DNA of 64,000 nucleotides. Source: a virus (Duplodnaviria; Caudoviricetes). The position numbers and the translations under genes were made by a program. The stretch covers positions 1-64,000 of IMG/VR virus record IMGVR_UViG_3300042196_000163, one strand, 5' to 3'. The notes below the pieces were generated by a model, which worked only from the letters and a program-made list of their open reading frames with translations, ran no database searches and was not told the origin of the DNA. Each line of letters begins with the position of its first letter. Position 1 is the first letter of the stretch. Shown piece after piece: positions 19,548 through 30,500 of the stretch.

Positions 19548-19940
19548 GTGGCGCGACTTATCTTCATCTCGGAAACCGACAGGCACGCCGATCCTCGGTT
19601 CGATTACGAGGTCATGTTTCCAGGCGACTGCGTTGAAGTTTTCAAGAGCGGAACATTTCCCGGAACGAAGGTTGTCAACAACCCGCGGTTTCGCATTGTC
19701 GACGATGATTCGGTCGGCGTCGCGCCCTACCTTTTCCTTCTCGAGCGCGAGCCTTACGAGCCAGGCGTCGGACGGCATCAGCGACGCTGGAACGTTGACC
19801 TGCCGCGCCTCGTCAAAATCACGGCGCAACGATTTGGACGACGCATTGATCGCGTCGAAATCATTCAAGCGACACTGCCCATCATCACTTCGTTGGCCAG
19901 CGTCAAGCGGCTGGTTGGCAATCGGAGAATGATCGGATGA
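19548..19940 (+). CDS. Hypothetical protein
   Basis: GTG one base after the previous stop; ATGA overlap with the next gene. Confidence 0.5.
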   Translation: MARLIFISETDRHADPRFDYEVMFPGDCVEVFKSGTFPGTKVVNNPRFRIVDDDSVGVAPYLFLLEREPYEPGVGRHQRRWNVDLPRLVKITAQRFGRRIDRVEIIQATLPIITSLASVKRLVGNRRMIG

Positions 19941-20917
19941 GCACAGATCTGATCGGCTCCGGTGAGGCGTATACGACCCCGGCGCTGTGGTGGGCGGATA
20001 TCCCCGCCACCTTGCTGGAGGCTGAAATTGGCCGCGGCACCAACACCGCCGAGATTGTGACTTCGGCAGCGACGGACTTTTCCGGCAAGACAGTCGGTGC
20101 TTTCTCGATCGTCCTTGAAACCGAAACTGGCGACAGTTTCCGCGACCACGCCAATAAGCTCACCAACGCGCTGCGCTATAACGAAGCCAATGGGACCGCG
20201 TGGTCGAATAGCGGCAACGTTGACATGATCACCGTCGGGTCAAACCCGATGACATTCCGCCATTGGCAGTTCGAGATGGCGGCCGGTTACGGTTACATGG
20301 TTAACAGAACGGACGCAGCGCCCGTTGTATTCGACTCATGCATCTTCGATGGCCATACCCTCACCGGAACTCAGCAGCTTCTGAAACTCAGAGGCACGAC
20401 GCTGCAAAACAGCCTAATCATTGATCGGTCGACAGATGGTGCTGGCGACGCCGTGTTCTTCGACGGCGACGGATCGATCGTCAGCTGCAGCATAGTTCGC
20501 ATAGCTGCGGCGACTGCTCGGCGCGGCATCGAGCAGTACGTCGGGACCGTCAACGTCCTTAACACGGCTGTCTTTGGCTTCTTCGACTCCGATTTCGGAA
20601 CATTTACGGGGTCGAACAACGCATCTGATCTGACTTTGGGCTTCGGCTCTGCCAACCAGAACGCGCTCAGCTACGCCGCGCAATTCGAGAACATCTCGGG
20701 TGGGACAGAGGATTTCCGCGCCAAGGCCGCGGGTGGATTGCTTGCCAACGGCACGTCGTCCGGCACGCCGACGACCGACATTCTCGGCCAGACCCGCGAT
20801 ACCAGCCGCGACATCGGCGCGCACGAGCAGATCGCCGGCGGTGGCGGCACCGACGTCGGCGCCAAGATTAACGCGGGCCTCATCGGGGCCGGCAAGTTAC
20901 GAGGGCTCGCGGCATGA
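19937..20917 (+). CDS. Putative virion protein with beta-helix-like core
   Basis: Repetitive beta-strand pattern and a C-terminal TDILGQTR...DIGAHE motif. Confidence 0.6.
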   Translation: MSTDLIGSGEAYTTPALWWADIPATLLEAEIGRGTNTAEIVTSAATDFSGKTVGAFSIVLETETGDSFRDHANKLTNALRYNEANGTAWSNSGNVDMITVGSNPMTFRHWQFEMAAGYGYMVNRTDAAPVVFDSCIFDGHTLTGTQQLLKLRGTTLQNSLIIDRSTDGAGDAVFFDGDGSIVSCSIVRIAAATARRGIEQYVGTVNVLNTAVFGFFDSDFGTFTGSNNASDLTLGFGSANQNALSYAAQFENISGGTEDFRAKAAGGLLANGTSSGTPTTDILGQTRDTSRDIGAHEQIAGGGGTDVGAKINAGLIGAGKLRGLAA

Positions 20918-22596
20918 ATCATCTCGGCGATTTCCCAGTCGGTGCCACCGTCGACCTGATGTGGAATTCCAACGGGGCCAATGGCGCGAGCATCACGCGC
21001 GCCACGGACGGCACCATCAAAATCTACAAGAACAACTCCGTCACCGAGCGCTCCTCGGCGGCCGGCATCACCGATACCGAGGATTTCGACGCCAACACGG
21101 GCGTTCACCATCTCCGCATCAGCCTCTCCGACAACACCGATTCCGGCTTCTATTCTGCCGGTAGCGAATATCATGTCGTGCTGACCGCTGCGACCATCGA
21201 CGGTCAGACCGTCAACGCGCATCTGGCGTCGTTCTCGATCGAGCGGGCCTCCGGCATCCTCGCCGAGATCAAACGCCGCCTCCCGGATGCCGCCTTCAAC
21301 GCCGCCGGCGGCCTCTCGTCGATGGTTCATCGCGCCAGCACGCTGCCGGCGCAGACCGGCGCCAACCCGGCCGTCGGTACCGTCAATCTCGCCGCCGCCG
21401 GCATTGGCGCCACGGACGAACTCGTCGGCCAGTTGCTGGTCATGTTCTCGACCGGCATCACGGTGCGCGGCGTCGGCATCATCACGGCCGCGGACAACGC
21501 CAATGATCGCGTCACGCTGAACGGCGGGACCGCGCTCACGTTCACGCCCACCGCTGGCGATATCTATGTCGTCCGCACGGATCCCGGCCTGGCCGGCCTC
21601 GCCAGCGCCGACGTCGCCTCGGCCGTGCTCGATGCCGTCGCCGCCAGCTACAACGCGGCCGGCTCGATCGGCGAGGCGATCAACAACGCCGCGGTCGGCG
21701 GCGAAGATCCGTCGATCCTGGTGTCGACGACGATCGCCACCCTCGCCAGCCAGACATCGTTCACACTGACGGCGGGCAGCGCCGACAATAACGCCTATGT
21801 CGATGCGATCGCGGTCGTCACGGATTCGGTGACGGCGGTGCAGAAGGCGGTCGGCTGGGTCAGCGCCTATACCGGCTCGACCAAGACCGTCACGCTCGCG
21901 TTCGATCCCGCGATCTTCACAATGGCCGTGGGCGACTCCATCAGCATCATCTCGGCCCCCAAGCGCTTGGCGGCCAGCGCCATCGCGGCGGCGAGTTTCC
22001 AGGCCAGCGCGATCGATGCCAACGCCATCGCTTCGAACGCGATCGCCGCGGCCAAGATTGCGACCGGCGCGATCACGAATGCCAAGTTTGCCGCTGGTGC
22101 CATCGACAATACCGCCATTGCGGCCAACGCCATCGCCGCCACCAACATCGCCACTGGTGCCATCACCGCGGCGAAGTTCGCGGCGGGGGCGATTGACGCC
22201 GCCGCGATCGCGGACAATGCGATCGATGCGGGCGCGATTGCCACTGGTGCCATCACCGCGGCGAAGTTCGCCGCCGGCGCCATCGATGCCGCCGCGATTG
22301 CAACCGACGCCATCACGGCGGCCAAGATTGCGGCCGACGCGATCGGCGCCTCGGAATTGGCGGCAGATGCGGCAACCGAGATCGTCACGGCGGTCTTCGC
22401 CCGCGCGTTCTCGGCGGCATATGGCAGCTACACGTTCGATCAGATGATCGGCATGTTCTCGTCGGTGCTGATCAGCAAGGTCTCCGGCATGGAGACCGGG
22501 CTGCCGGTCTTCCGCAACCCCGCTGACAGCGGCAACGTTGTTTCGGCCGTCACCGATGCCGACGGCAACCGCACGTCGGTCACCCGCACGCCGTAA
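20914..22596 (+). CDS. Putative fibre/virion protein with Ala-Ile repeats
   Basis: Tandem IATGAITAAKFAAGAIDAAAIA-like repeats at about 21960-22380. Confidence 0.7.
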   Translation: MNHLGDFPVGATVDLMWNSNGANGASITRATDGTIKIYKNNSVTERSSAAGITDTEDFDANTGVHHLRISLSDNTDSGFYSAGSEYHVVLTAATIDGQTVNAHLASFSIERASGILAEIKRRLPDAAFNAAGGLSSMVHRASTLPAQTGANPAVGTVNLAAAGIGATDELVGQLLVMFSTGITVRGVGIITAADNANDRVTLNGGTALTFTPTAGDIYVVRTDPGLAGLASADVASAVLDAVAASYNAAGSIGEAINNAAVGGEDPSILVSTTIATLASQTSFTLTAGSADNNAYVDAIAVVTDSVTAVQKAVGWVSAYTGSTKTVTLAFDPAIFTMAVGDSISIISAPKRLAASAIAAASFQASAIDANAIASNAIAAAKIATGAITNAKFAAGAIDNTAIAANAIAATNIATGAITAAKFAAGAIDAAAIADNAIDAGAIATGAITAAKFAAGAIDAAAIATDAITAAKIAADAIGASELAADAATEIVTAVFARAFSAAYGSYTFDQMIGMFSSVLISKVSGMETGLPVFRNPADSGNVVSAVTDADGNRTSVTRTP

Positions 22597-22812
22597 ATGT
22601 TCGGTCACCGGTACTTCGCGGCCTCATTCTTTGGCGACCGCTTCTTCGGCGACGGACCGGATGACGGGGCCTTCGTCCCCGAGAATCCTGCCGTGGCGCG
22701 TACCGGCGGCGCGGTGACAGCCGGCGGCGGCTCTGTCGGCGTCGCTGCAGCACGAATTGCCGCCGCAGCCGCCGTGGCCCGCGCAGCGGGAACACCGGCA
22801 ATTCCGAGGTAG
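22597..22812 (+). CDS. Small protein with an N-terminal FG/YF motif
   Basis: MFGHRYFAASFFGDRFFG; abuts both neighbouring genes. Confidence 0.55.
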   Translation: MFGHRYFAASFFGDRFFGDGPDDGAFVPENPAVARTGGAVTAGGGSVGVAAARIAAAAAVARAAGTPAIPR

Positions 22813-22815
22813 ACA

Positions 22816-23445
22816 ATGGCGCTGTTGCCGTACAAAAGCATCGTCACCGTGCCGGCTGCGTCAAAGGACATGACGCTTCTGGCGACGGTTAAGACCGAGC
22901 TCGGCATCACAGACGCCGCTTCCGATGCCAAGCTCTCGGCGCTGATCCAGCAGGCCTCGGCCGCGATCGTCTCGTTCTGCAAGCGAGAGTTCGCGCAGGA
23001 AACGCTGGCCGATACCTTCCGCACGGATTGCGGCGATTCGGTCCTCCAACTATCCCGCAGGCCGATCGTATCGGTGACGTCGATCGTCGAGGACGATGTC
23101 TCGCTGACGGCAGCCGACTACGAGATCATCGCTGCCAACGGCTGGATACAGCGCATCGATTCCGAGGAGAGGCCGATCGGCTGGGCCTGGGGGAAAACGG
23201 TTGTAACCTACGTTGCCGGTTGGATCATGCTCACAAATTTGCCATCGGATCTCGAGCGAGCGTGCATCGATCTGATCAAGGGAAAATGGTTTGCGCTTGA
23301 GCGCGATCCGCTTGTGAAATCAGAATCGACTCCAGGAGTCTACTCGGTCGATTATTGGGTCCAGAGCGGGGAGTCCGTGCGAGGTCTGCCAGCCGATGTC
23401 GCGCGCCAGCTCGAGGAACTCGGCTACGTCGAGGTCATCGCGTGA
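22816..23445 (+). CDS. Head-tail connector (gp6/phiE125 gp8-like)
   Basis: TLLATVKTELGI, LIQQASAAIVSFC, TYVAGW, LPSDLERAC motifs. Confidence 0.85.
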   Translation: MALLPYKSIVTVPAASKDMTLLATVKTELGITDAASDAKLSALIQQASAAIVSFCKREFAQETLADTFRTDCGDSVLQLSRRPIVSVTSIVEDDVSLTAADYEIIAANGWIQRIDSEERPIGWAWGKTVVTYVAGWIMLTNLPSDLERACIDLIKGKWFALERDPLVKSESTPGVYSVDYWVQSGESVRGLPADVARQLEELGYVEVIA

Positions 23446-23777
23446 GCGTTGCCCGCATCCGCGCCCTGGTCGAGCGCGCCGGCGAGACGGTCACGCTGCG
23501 GCGCATCACCGGCACGACGTCGCAGACCAATACGGACGTCTCGCTGAAGGCCAGCATCAGGGGTTATGCGCCGGACCAAATCGACGGAACGAGCATTAAA
23601 CAGGGCGACAGCGAAGTCATCATCTCAACGCGCGAAATTGTCGCGGCTGGTTGGCCGGCACCGCCACAGCAAAACGATAGAATTCTGCGCGACGGCAAGC
23701 CGCTCATAGTACATATCTGCGAGACCCGGAATTTCCGCGAAGAGGTTGGGCTCTACATCTTGCAGTGTCGCGGCTAG
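23442..23777 (+). CDS. Head closure/adaptor protein
   Basis: GETVTLRR...PQQNDRI; GTGA overlap; canonical gene order. Confidence 0.7.
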   Translation: MSVARIRALVERAGETVTLRRITGTTSQTNTDVSLKASIRGYAPDQIDGTSIKQGDSEVIISTREIVAAGWPAPPQQNDRILRDGKPLIVHICETRNFREEVGLYILQCRG

Positions 23778-23962
23778 CGCCTGATCGGCGTCGAGCACGA
23801 CCACAGTAGCGCCGCCACCCAGCCCGCCCCGGTCCAGCCAAGCAGGATGTTCAGCCAGGTGATCGCCGGTCGCTCCGGATGCCCGCGCTGCGCCGCGATG
23901 AACGCCGGCAGGAAATAGCAGGCGATGATGGCGATGAGAATTGCGACGGCGAGCGGGTCCAT
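23774..23962 (-). CDS. imm: Superinfection immunity protein (T4 Imm-like membrane protein)
   Basis: YFLPAFIA...WLNILLGWTGAGWVAALLWS matches the Imm_superinfect pattern. Confidence 0.85.
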   Translation of the reverse strand: MDPLAVAILIAIIACYFLPAFIAAQRGHPERPAITWLNILLGWTGAGWVAALLWSCSTPIRR

Positions 23963-24016
23963 GGCGGGTCTCCTTCAGCGTAGTCATAGCAACAACCCGG
24001 CGTTGAGGGCAAATCT

Positions 24017-24730
24017 ATGACCCGCACATCCCTCGATGCCCTGAAGCAGACGGTCACTGTGACGTGGCCCACGCGCGACAAGGCGCGCGCCAAGGAATTC
24101 CTTGTTCGGTTCGCACGCGAAAATACCGCGCGGATCGTCAACGAGCAGCAGGCCCGCGCCGGCGTTAAACCGGGCGTCGACATGTATGCGAACCAGAAGG
24201 GCAACTCGAACCTGCAGAGCGTCGTCCTGCCGGGTCCGATCATCAGCGACTTCCAATATTTGGGTGAAATCATTCTGGTGACTCTAGGCGCGTTGCGCGC
24301 AGCGAGCCCGGTCCGTTCCGGCGCTTATCGCGATGGGCATCAGATTTTTATCAACGGCGCGCCGGTAGCGACGCTGCCGAATCCGTTGCCGCCTGGGTCA
24401 GAAATAATGATCTCAAACACCGTGCCGTACGCCAGACGTATCGAGATCGGCAAGACCGCCGCCGGCCGCGCCTTCGTCATCCAGGTTCCGAACCGCATCT
24501 ATGAGCGCGTCGCCAAGAACATCATCGGCAAGCGCTACGGAAATATCGCAAAAATTTCGTTCGGTTATGTGACCTTGGGCAGTTCCGGCATTCGTCGCCA
24601 GCAACTCTCCAGCCACTACCGGACCGGCAAGGCGGCCGGCAAGCGCGGCGGCGGCGTTCTCCGCAAACGCCAGCAGCATATCGGCGAGAAAATCCAGGCG
24701 CCGGCGATCTTCTTTGAGGCCTTCCGGTGA
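24017..24730 (+). CDS. Tail completion/neck protein (HK97 gp10-like)
   Basis: SPVRSGAYR and NTVPYARRIEIG motifs; position. Confidence 0.65.
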   Translation: MTRTSLDALKQTVTVTWPTRDKARAKEFLVRFARENTARIVNEQQARAGVKPGVDMYANQKGNSNLQSVVLPGPIISDFQYLGEIILVTLGALRAASPVRSGAYRDGHQIFINGAPVATLPNPLPPGSEIMISNTVPYARRIEIGKTAAGRAFVIQVPNRIYERVAKNIIGKRYGNIAKISFGYVTLGSSGIRRQQLSSHYRTGKAAGKRGGGVLRKRQQHIGEKIQAPAIFFEAFR

Positions 24731-25152
24731 GCGTCACGACGGTCGAAGCCCTGGCATCAATACGCGCACGGCTGACGGCGAACTTCAGCACCATCACGGT
24801 CCTGTGGGATGGCGACAATAACCTCGCCGCGGTGCCGACGCCGCCGACGCCATGGGCCTTCATGCGCTTCGTCGTCGATCCCGAATCCTTCCTGGCCCAT
24901 GGCGGCGGTGCCACCAACAACGACTGGCTCAACGAGGGTTATATCGAGGCGGCCGTGATGACCGACGTGATCGGTGGCGCCGCGGCGGGCATGACGTATG
25001 CAGAATCAATCGCCGCCGTCTTCCGCGGCCAGATATTCGATGGCGTGACCTGCATGGCGGCGACTATCTCATCCGACGGCGAGAAGGATGAGGAAGGTCT
25101 GTACCGGATAACTTTTCTCATGATCGACCTCAAGTTCCACCGCCGCGCCTGA
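24727..25152 (+). CDS. Tail terminator-like protein
   Basis: Size, position before the tail tube gene, PWAFMRF motif. Confidence 0.65.
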   Translation: MSVTTVEALASIRARLTANFSTITVLWDGDNNLAAVPTPPTPWAFMRFVVDPESFLAHGGGATNNDWLNEGYIEAAVMTDVIGGAAAGMTYAESIAAVFRGQIFDGVTCMAATISSDGEKDEEGLYRITFLMIDLKFHRRA

Positions 25153-25297
25153 TCCATCGCCCGCGTGAGGCCCGCGCGGGAGTTTTCAAAGTCGACCTTG
25201 GGCAAGTCGCGCTGCCGCGCGCAAAGCGGCAATCCACAACCTGAGCCCAACCTGAGCGCCGCGGCGACGCGCGCGCTCTTGTTTATGGAGACATATC

Positions 25298-26545
25298 ATG
25301 AGCTTGGCCGAGAGTTTTGCCGAAAGGCTGTCGTTCAAAAAATATTCCTCGGGCGTCATCACCGCCGGCAGCGAGCCCGTCGCATCGGTGTCGCCTGGAG
25401 CCTCTGGCGGCCAGGTCCTGCGCCACGTCAGCCACAACATCACGCTGGCGAAGGACGCTTATGCCTCGACCGAGAAGCGCACCGATCGTCAGCGCCCGAT
25501 GGGCCGGCACGGCACCAAGCGCGCGCCCGGCACCATCAACGGTCTGCTGAGCCCACTCACCTATGAGTCGCTGTTCGAGGCGGCGCTGCGCGGCACCTGG
25601 TCAACAGCGGCGATCTCGCACAGCCAATCGTCGCTGACCTCCGTCTCGGCGAGCAATGTGGCGGCGACCTTCACCTTCACTGGCGGCGATCCGGTCGCGC
25701 TCGGGTTCCGTGTCGGCGACATCATCCGATTCACCGGCATGCTGGACACCGACAACAACTCGAAGAACTTCCTGATTCTCGGGTTCAGCGGCGCGAGCAA
25801 TCGCGTCGTCAATGTCTACCCCGCACCCGATACGCAGACCGGCGATACCAGCTTCACGGTTGCCACCGCCGGCCGCAGCCTCTTCATTCCCTCCTCGGCC
25901 CATGTCAGCCGCCTCTACGCCTTCGAGGCCAACAACCCCGATATCGACCTCGCTACATTGTTCACCGAATGCCGCATCGGCGGCTTCAATCTGGCCGTGA
26001 CGCCCAACAACAACATCACTGTCGCCTTCCCGGTGCTGGGCCGCAATCGCACGACGCTGGTCAATACGAATGCGCCGTTCTTCACGGCGCCAACGGCGGA
26101 GACGACGACCGATCTCTGCGCCGCGGTCGACGGCGTCCTGCGGCTCAATGGCGAGGTCCGCGGCGTCGTCACGGACCTTTCGATCAACCTCACGCTCAAT
26201 CCGCAGGGCCCGCCGGTCATCGGCACCAATCTCGTCCCGGAAATCTTTCTCTCCGATGCCGCGATCACCGGGCAGTTCTCGGTGTTCCTCGAGGATGGCG
26301 ATTTCCTCGACGCCCTCGATCTTGAAAGCGAGTTCGACATCAACGCGCTCTACAAGACGAGTTCCGCCGCCGCATCGCCGGCGATGAGCTTCCATCTGCC
26401 ACGCGTGAAGATCAACACCAACGAAATGCAGGACGATCCGTCGGGCGGCAAGTTGATTCGCTGCTCCTACGATGCCGCGCGATATTTCGGCGCGCTGCCT
26501 GGGGTGGAATCGACGGCACTTCGAATTTCAGATTCCGAGAAATAG
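25298..26545 (+). CDS. Major tail tube protein
   Basis: Strong RBS GGAGA; STEKRTDRQ, GTINGLLSP, ITGQFSVFLED motifs; has an insertion domain. Confidence 0.85.
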   Translation: MSLAESFAERLSFKKYSSGVITAGSEPVASVSPGASGGQVLRHVSHNITLAKDAYASTEKRTDRQRPMGRHGTKRAPGTINGLLSPLTYESLFEAALRGTWSTAAISHSQSSLTSVSASNVAATFTFTGGDPVALGFRVGDIIRFTGMLDTDNNSKNFLILGFSGASNRVVNVYPAPDTQTGDTSFTVATAGRSLFIPSSAHVSRLYAFEANNPDIDLATLFTECRIGGFNLAVTPNNNITVAFPVLGRNRTTLVNTNAPFFTAPTAETTTDLCAAVDGVLRLNGEVRGVVTDLSINLTLNPQGPPVIGTNLVPEIFLSDAAITGQFSVFLEDGDFLDALDLESEFDINALYKTSSAAASPAMSFHLPRVKINTNEMQDDPSGGKLIRCSYDAARYFGALPGVESTALRISDSEK

Positions 26546-26663
26546 CCCTAATCCGCGCCGCCAGCGCGGAAACGAGCCGCCGCGCTTGCGTGGCGGTGGT
26601 TGCAACCGGGGGTCGGGCTGCTGGCGGCGGGCCGACCCCCAACCCTTCCGCCAAAGGTGAATC

Positions 26664-27086
26664 ATGGACAAGTTCGACGCCCTCGGGCTCGACGTTGAAG
26701 AACCGTCGCGCCTCATCCTCCTCAACCCTGCCGACAACAAGCCCATCCTCGATCTGGAAGGCAAAGAGGCCTATATCGATCTGCTGTCGACCGACAGCGA
26801 TGTTGCAAGGCGACATGAGCGGGCGAACGGCAACCGCCGCATGAGCCGCCGCGGCAAGACCAAGATCGAAGAGCTGGAAGACGAGAACAACAGCTTGCTC
26901 GCGGCGCTGACCAAGGGCTGGCATCTCGTCAACCCGAAGGACGGCAGCGTGATCGATGTCCCGCTGACCGCGCAGGACGCCTATCGCCTCTACAGCTCGG
27001 GCAAGACGGCCTGGATCCGGGACCAGGCGTGGGCGCACGCGGGCGAACGCGCAAATTTTTCCGGGAGCTCGTCGAAGACCTCTTAG
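26664..27086 (+). CDS. Tail assembly chaperone (G-like)
   Basis: Lies between tail tube and tape measure; ends AWIRDQAWAHAGERANF. Confidence 0.8.
   Translation: MDKFDALGLDVEEPSRLILLNPADNKPILDLEGKEAYIDLLSTDSDVARRHERANGNRRMSRRGKTKIEELEDENNSLLAALTKGWHLVNPKDGSVIDVPLTAQDAYRLYSSGKTAWIRDQAWAHAGERANFSGSSSKTS
27053..27059 (+). promoter_or_regulatory. -1 ribosomal frameshift slippery site A AAT TTT
   Basis: In-frame X XXY YYZ heptamer near the end of the chaperone gene; the downstream ORF is in the -1 frame. Confidence 0.8.
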
Positions 27087-27508
27087 GCTTCGCCGGGCAT
27101 CAGTTCCGCCTCGACGTTCCAGATGACAGCGGCAAGAGCATGCGCTGGCATCTGGAGCAGCGGGAATTCAATTCCGGTAAACGACCCAAAGGTCTCGATG
27201 GCCCGCCGCTGCCTGACGAGATCGCCTATCTCTGGGCCTGGTTCTGCGAGATGCATGCTGGCCGCAGCCGAAACGCTCTGGGGCCGTCGCCGGCGACGCA
27301 TCTCGACCTGCTGGCCTGGCGGCAAAACCTCGACATCGAAGTCAAGCCTGCGGAAGTCCGCGCGCTCATCCTGCTGGGGCAGCGCTGGATGGAGGCGATG
27401 AGTGGTGGCGGCGAAAAAGCGTCGGCTCCGGCCAGCGATGAGCCAGAGAAACCGCCGGCCAAAGGCAAGCCCGCGCGCGCACCGCGTGGGCGAGAAAGGG
27501 GACGCTAA
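27056..27508 (+). CDS. Tail assembly chaperone frameshift extension (T-like)
   Basis: -1 frame ORF (...YLWAWFCEM...DLLAW...) running to the tape measure start. Confidence 0.75.
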   Translation, partial: FFRELVEDLLGFAGHQFRLDVPDDSGKSMRWHLEQREFNSGKRPKGLDGPPLPDEIAYLWAWFCEMHAGRSRNALGPSPATHLDLLAWRQNLDIEVKPAEVRALILLGQRWMEAMSGGGEKASAPASDEPEKPPAKGKPARAPRGRERGR

Positions 27509-30500
27509 TGGCTGACGCCGTCGAACGCGCAATTCACGTCCTGGACGGCGATAGCCTTGGCTATCAGCGGTCGATGGATGAGGCCGCGCGCGCCGGGCAG
27601 CGTCTAGTCGATTCTGCGGGCAAGGTCGAGACATCGACCGAGCGTCTTGGCAAAGCACACAAGAGCGCGGCGGATCAGGTCTCAGGCCTTGAGCGGCGGC
27701 TTGAGCCGCTCATTCGCGCGGAGCAGCAGCGCACGCGGGATATGGCGCTCCTGAATCGCGCCTATCGCGAGGGCGATATTCTGGTCGGGCGCTATACGGA
27801 GAACGTGCGGCGCGTCGAATCTGCCTACCAGCGTGCCGCCGAACGATCGAAGGCGCTCACGACTGCGGCCAACGACAACGTCTCGGCCTTTAGCGGATTC
27901 AGTGGCGTTCTAGGTAGGGTCAATACGCTGCTGGGCGGCTTTGGCGTCGCGATATCTGCAGTCGCACTGATCGCCTTCGCCCGCAACACGATCAACACGA
28001 TCGGCGGGCTGGGAGAATTGGCGGACCAGGTCGGGCTCACGACCGATCAGTTGCAGGCCTATCAATTCGCCGCGGCGCAATCGGGGGTCAGCGCCGAGCA
28101 GCTACAGGGCGGCATCTCCCGGTTGACGCGTACCATCGGCGATGCGGCGCGCGGCGAGGACGCGGCAATCATCACATTCCGCCGCGCCGGTGTCGGCATC
28201 CTGGATTTTGCCGGCAATGTCCGCACGACGGATGAAGTGTTAGGCGACATCGCCGAGCGCATCAAAGCCGCGAGCACAGAAGCGGAGCGCGGCGCTATTG
28301 CCTACGACATTTTCGGCAAGAGCGGCCAGCGCCTGATCCCGATGCTGAAGGATGGTCGCGAAGGCCTGGAGCGCTGGCGGGAAGAGGCGATCAAGGCCGG
28401 CGATGTCGCGTCGCGCGAGCTCATCGATCGCTTCGACAAAATGGCCGACCGGCTTGCCGTTGTCGGCATGCGCATGACGATCTGGTTCGGCGAGACACTC
28501 GACAGCCTGCTGACCAAGCTACAGGACCCAAAATACAAAGCCCTCGCAGCAGTCCTTGGCGGCGCGGCGGCCGGCGGATTTCTGGCTGGGCCTCTGGGTG
28601 CCGCTGCCGGCGCTGGTGTTGGTCTTGGCATGACGATTACCGATCTGTTCCCCGACAAGGAAATCGAGGAAGCCGCAGCGCGCGTCGAACGTCTGCGCGT
28701 TGAAATGGAGAAATTGACCGCAACCTATCTCGACGCACAGGCGGCCGGCGCCGGCGGCGGGATGTTCGCGTTGCTCGGCGGCCAGCTCGCGGCCAAGCAG
28801 AAGGAATTCACTGTCGCTTTCCAAGCATTGCAGATCGCCCGCCAGCCCGGCGGTCCCGGCAATCTAGGAGGCGGCGGCGGCTCGCCCGAACTCGGCTTTG
28901 GCGCCGGCGGTCCTGGCGGCGGCAGCGGGGCCGGCACAGGGCAAATGTTGACGGTGGCCGCAAAGGCGATCGCCGAGCTCAACGATGAAGGTTCGAAGCT
29001 TCGTGAGCTGACCGACGCGCTCGACAAGGGCGACGTCGCAATCCAGCGCGTGACCGATCATTACGCCGCGTTGGTTGCCGTCCGCAAGCTCGGCAAGGAC
29101 GCCAGTGATGACGAACGCAAGTCCGTTTACAACCTGACGCGTGACAATGCCGAGCTGGCGCGCTCCTATGAGCTCGTAACGGCCGCGCGCAAGCAAGACA
29201 TCGCGATCATCGACAAATACGTCGACGCCTTCGATCGCCAGGAAGAGGCTGACCGCAAGCGCACGGAGTCCTTCAACGCCTCGCGCGATTCCTTCAAGCA
29301 GGGCCTCGACGACCAGATCAAGGACAACGAGCAGCTCGCAACCGCCGCCGAAAAAACGACCATCGTCTATAACCAGCTGACCGGCGCATTCGAGTTAAAC
29401 ACGAACGAGCTGATCCGCCGCCGGGCGATCCTCGAGGCCGAGCGCAAGGGCCTCGACCCCGAAGAGGCCAAGCGCTACGCCGACGAGCTGGTCCGGCAGA
29501 GCGAGCGCATCAAGGCGATCAACGACGGGCAGCAGCGGGCACTGGAGCGGCAGCAGGCCACGTTCAACGAGCTCGCCAACTTCGCCGATCGCGCCTTCGA
29601 CCGCATCGGGTCAGCCATCACCGAGGCCTTCGTCCAGGGCAAGGACGCGGCGATCAACTTCGGCTCGATCGCGAAAGGGGTGATGTCCGAGCTTCTGCAG
29701 GAGATGCTCAAGCTCGCGATCCTCAACCCGCTGAAAAACAACCTGTTCGGCCAGAACAACCCGACGCTGGGCAACGTCACCAGCATGCTCAGCGGGGGGT
29801 CGACGTCGGGCATCAGCGGCGGCGGCTTCAACCCGCTGTCGATGTTCTCCGGCGGCGGCGGGACCGGCGGCAGCACGTTCGGCGGTATCGGCGACATCTT
29901 CGGGGGCCTCTTCGGCAGCGCTGCGGGGCCATCGACCGCGGCGGCTGCCACATCCTCCGCTATTGGCCCAGGCGGCCTCTTAGCCGGCGGCGGGGCTACC
30001 TCCCTTGCCGGCGGTGCCTCTGGGGGCCTCAGCGCCGGCCTTAGCGGCGCCATGGCGGCCATCCCGGTCTGGGGCTGGATCGCACTCGCCGCGAGCACGG
30101 CGAAGAAATTCACGACCGGCAAAGACCCGAAGTCGGTAATGGGCGGGCTCAATACCTTCCTGCTGCCGTCGATCGACGAGTGGATGCAGAACCCGGTCCG
30201 CTCGTTTGGCAACGTCATCGACCCGATGGGCACGTTCCTCGCCGACCACCTGGGAGAGGACAACCCGCTTCGCTATCTCAGCCCGGGTGGGCTCTTTGCA
30301 TTTGCAGAGGGCGACGTGCCGAAACCCTACGCCAGCGCCGGCGGCGTGCTCACGCGCGGCAAGTTCAACATGACGCAGACCACGCAGCTCGACGACATGC
30401 CGCTCGAGGGCGTGACCGGGAGCGTGCAGTCGATCGCGAACGCGCTGCAAAGCTTGAGCGAGGCCGGTGGCGGCCGCCTGGTCGGCGATCTCCATCTACT

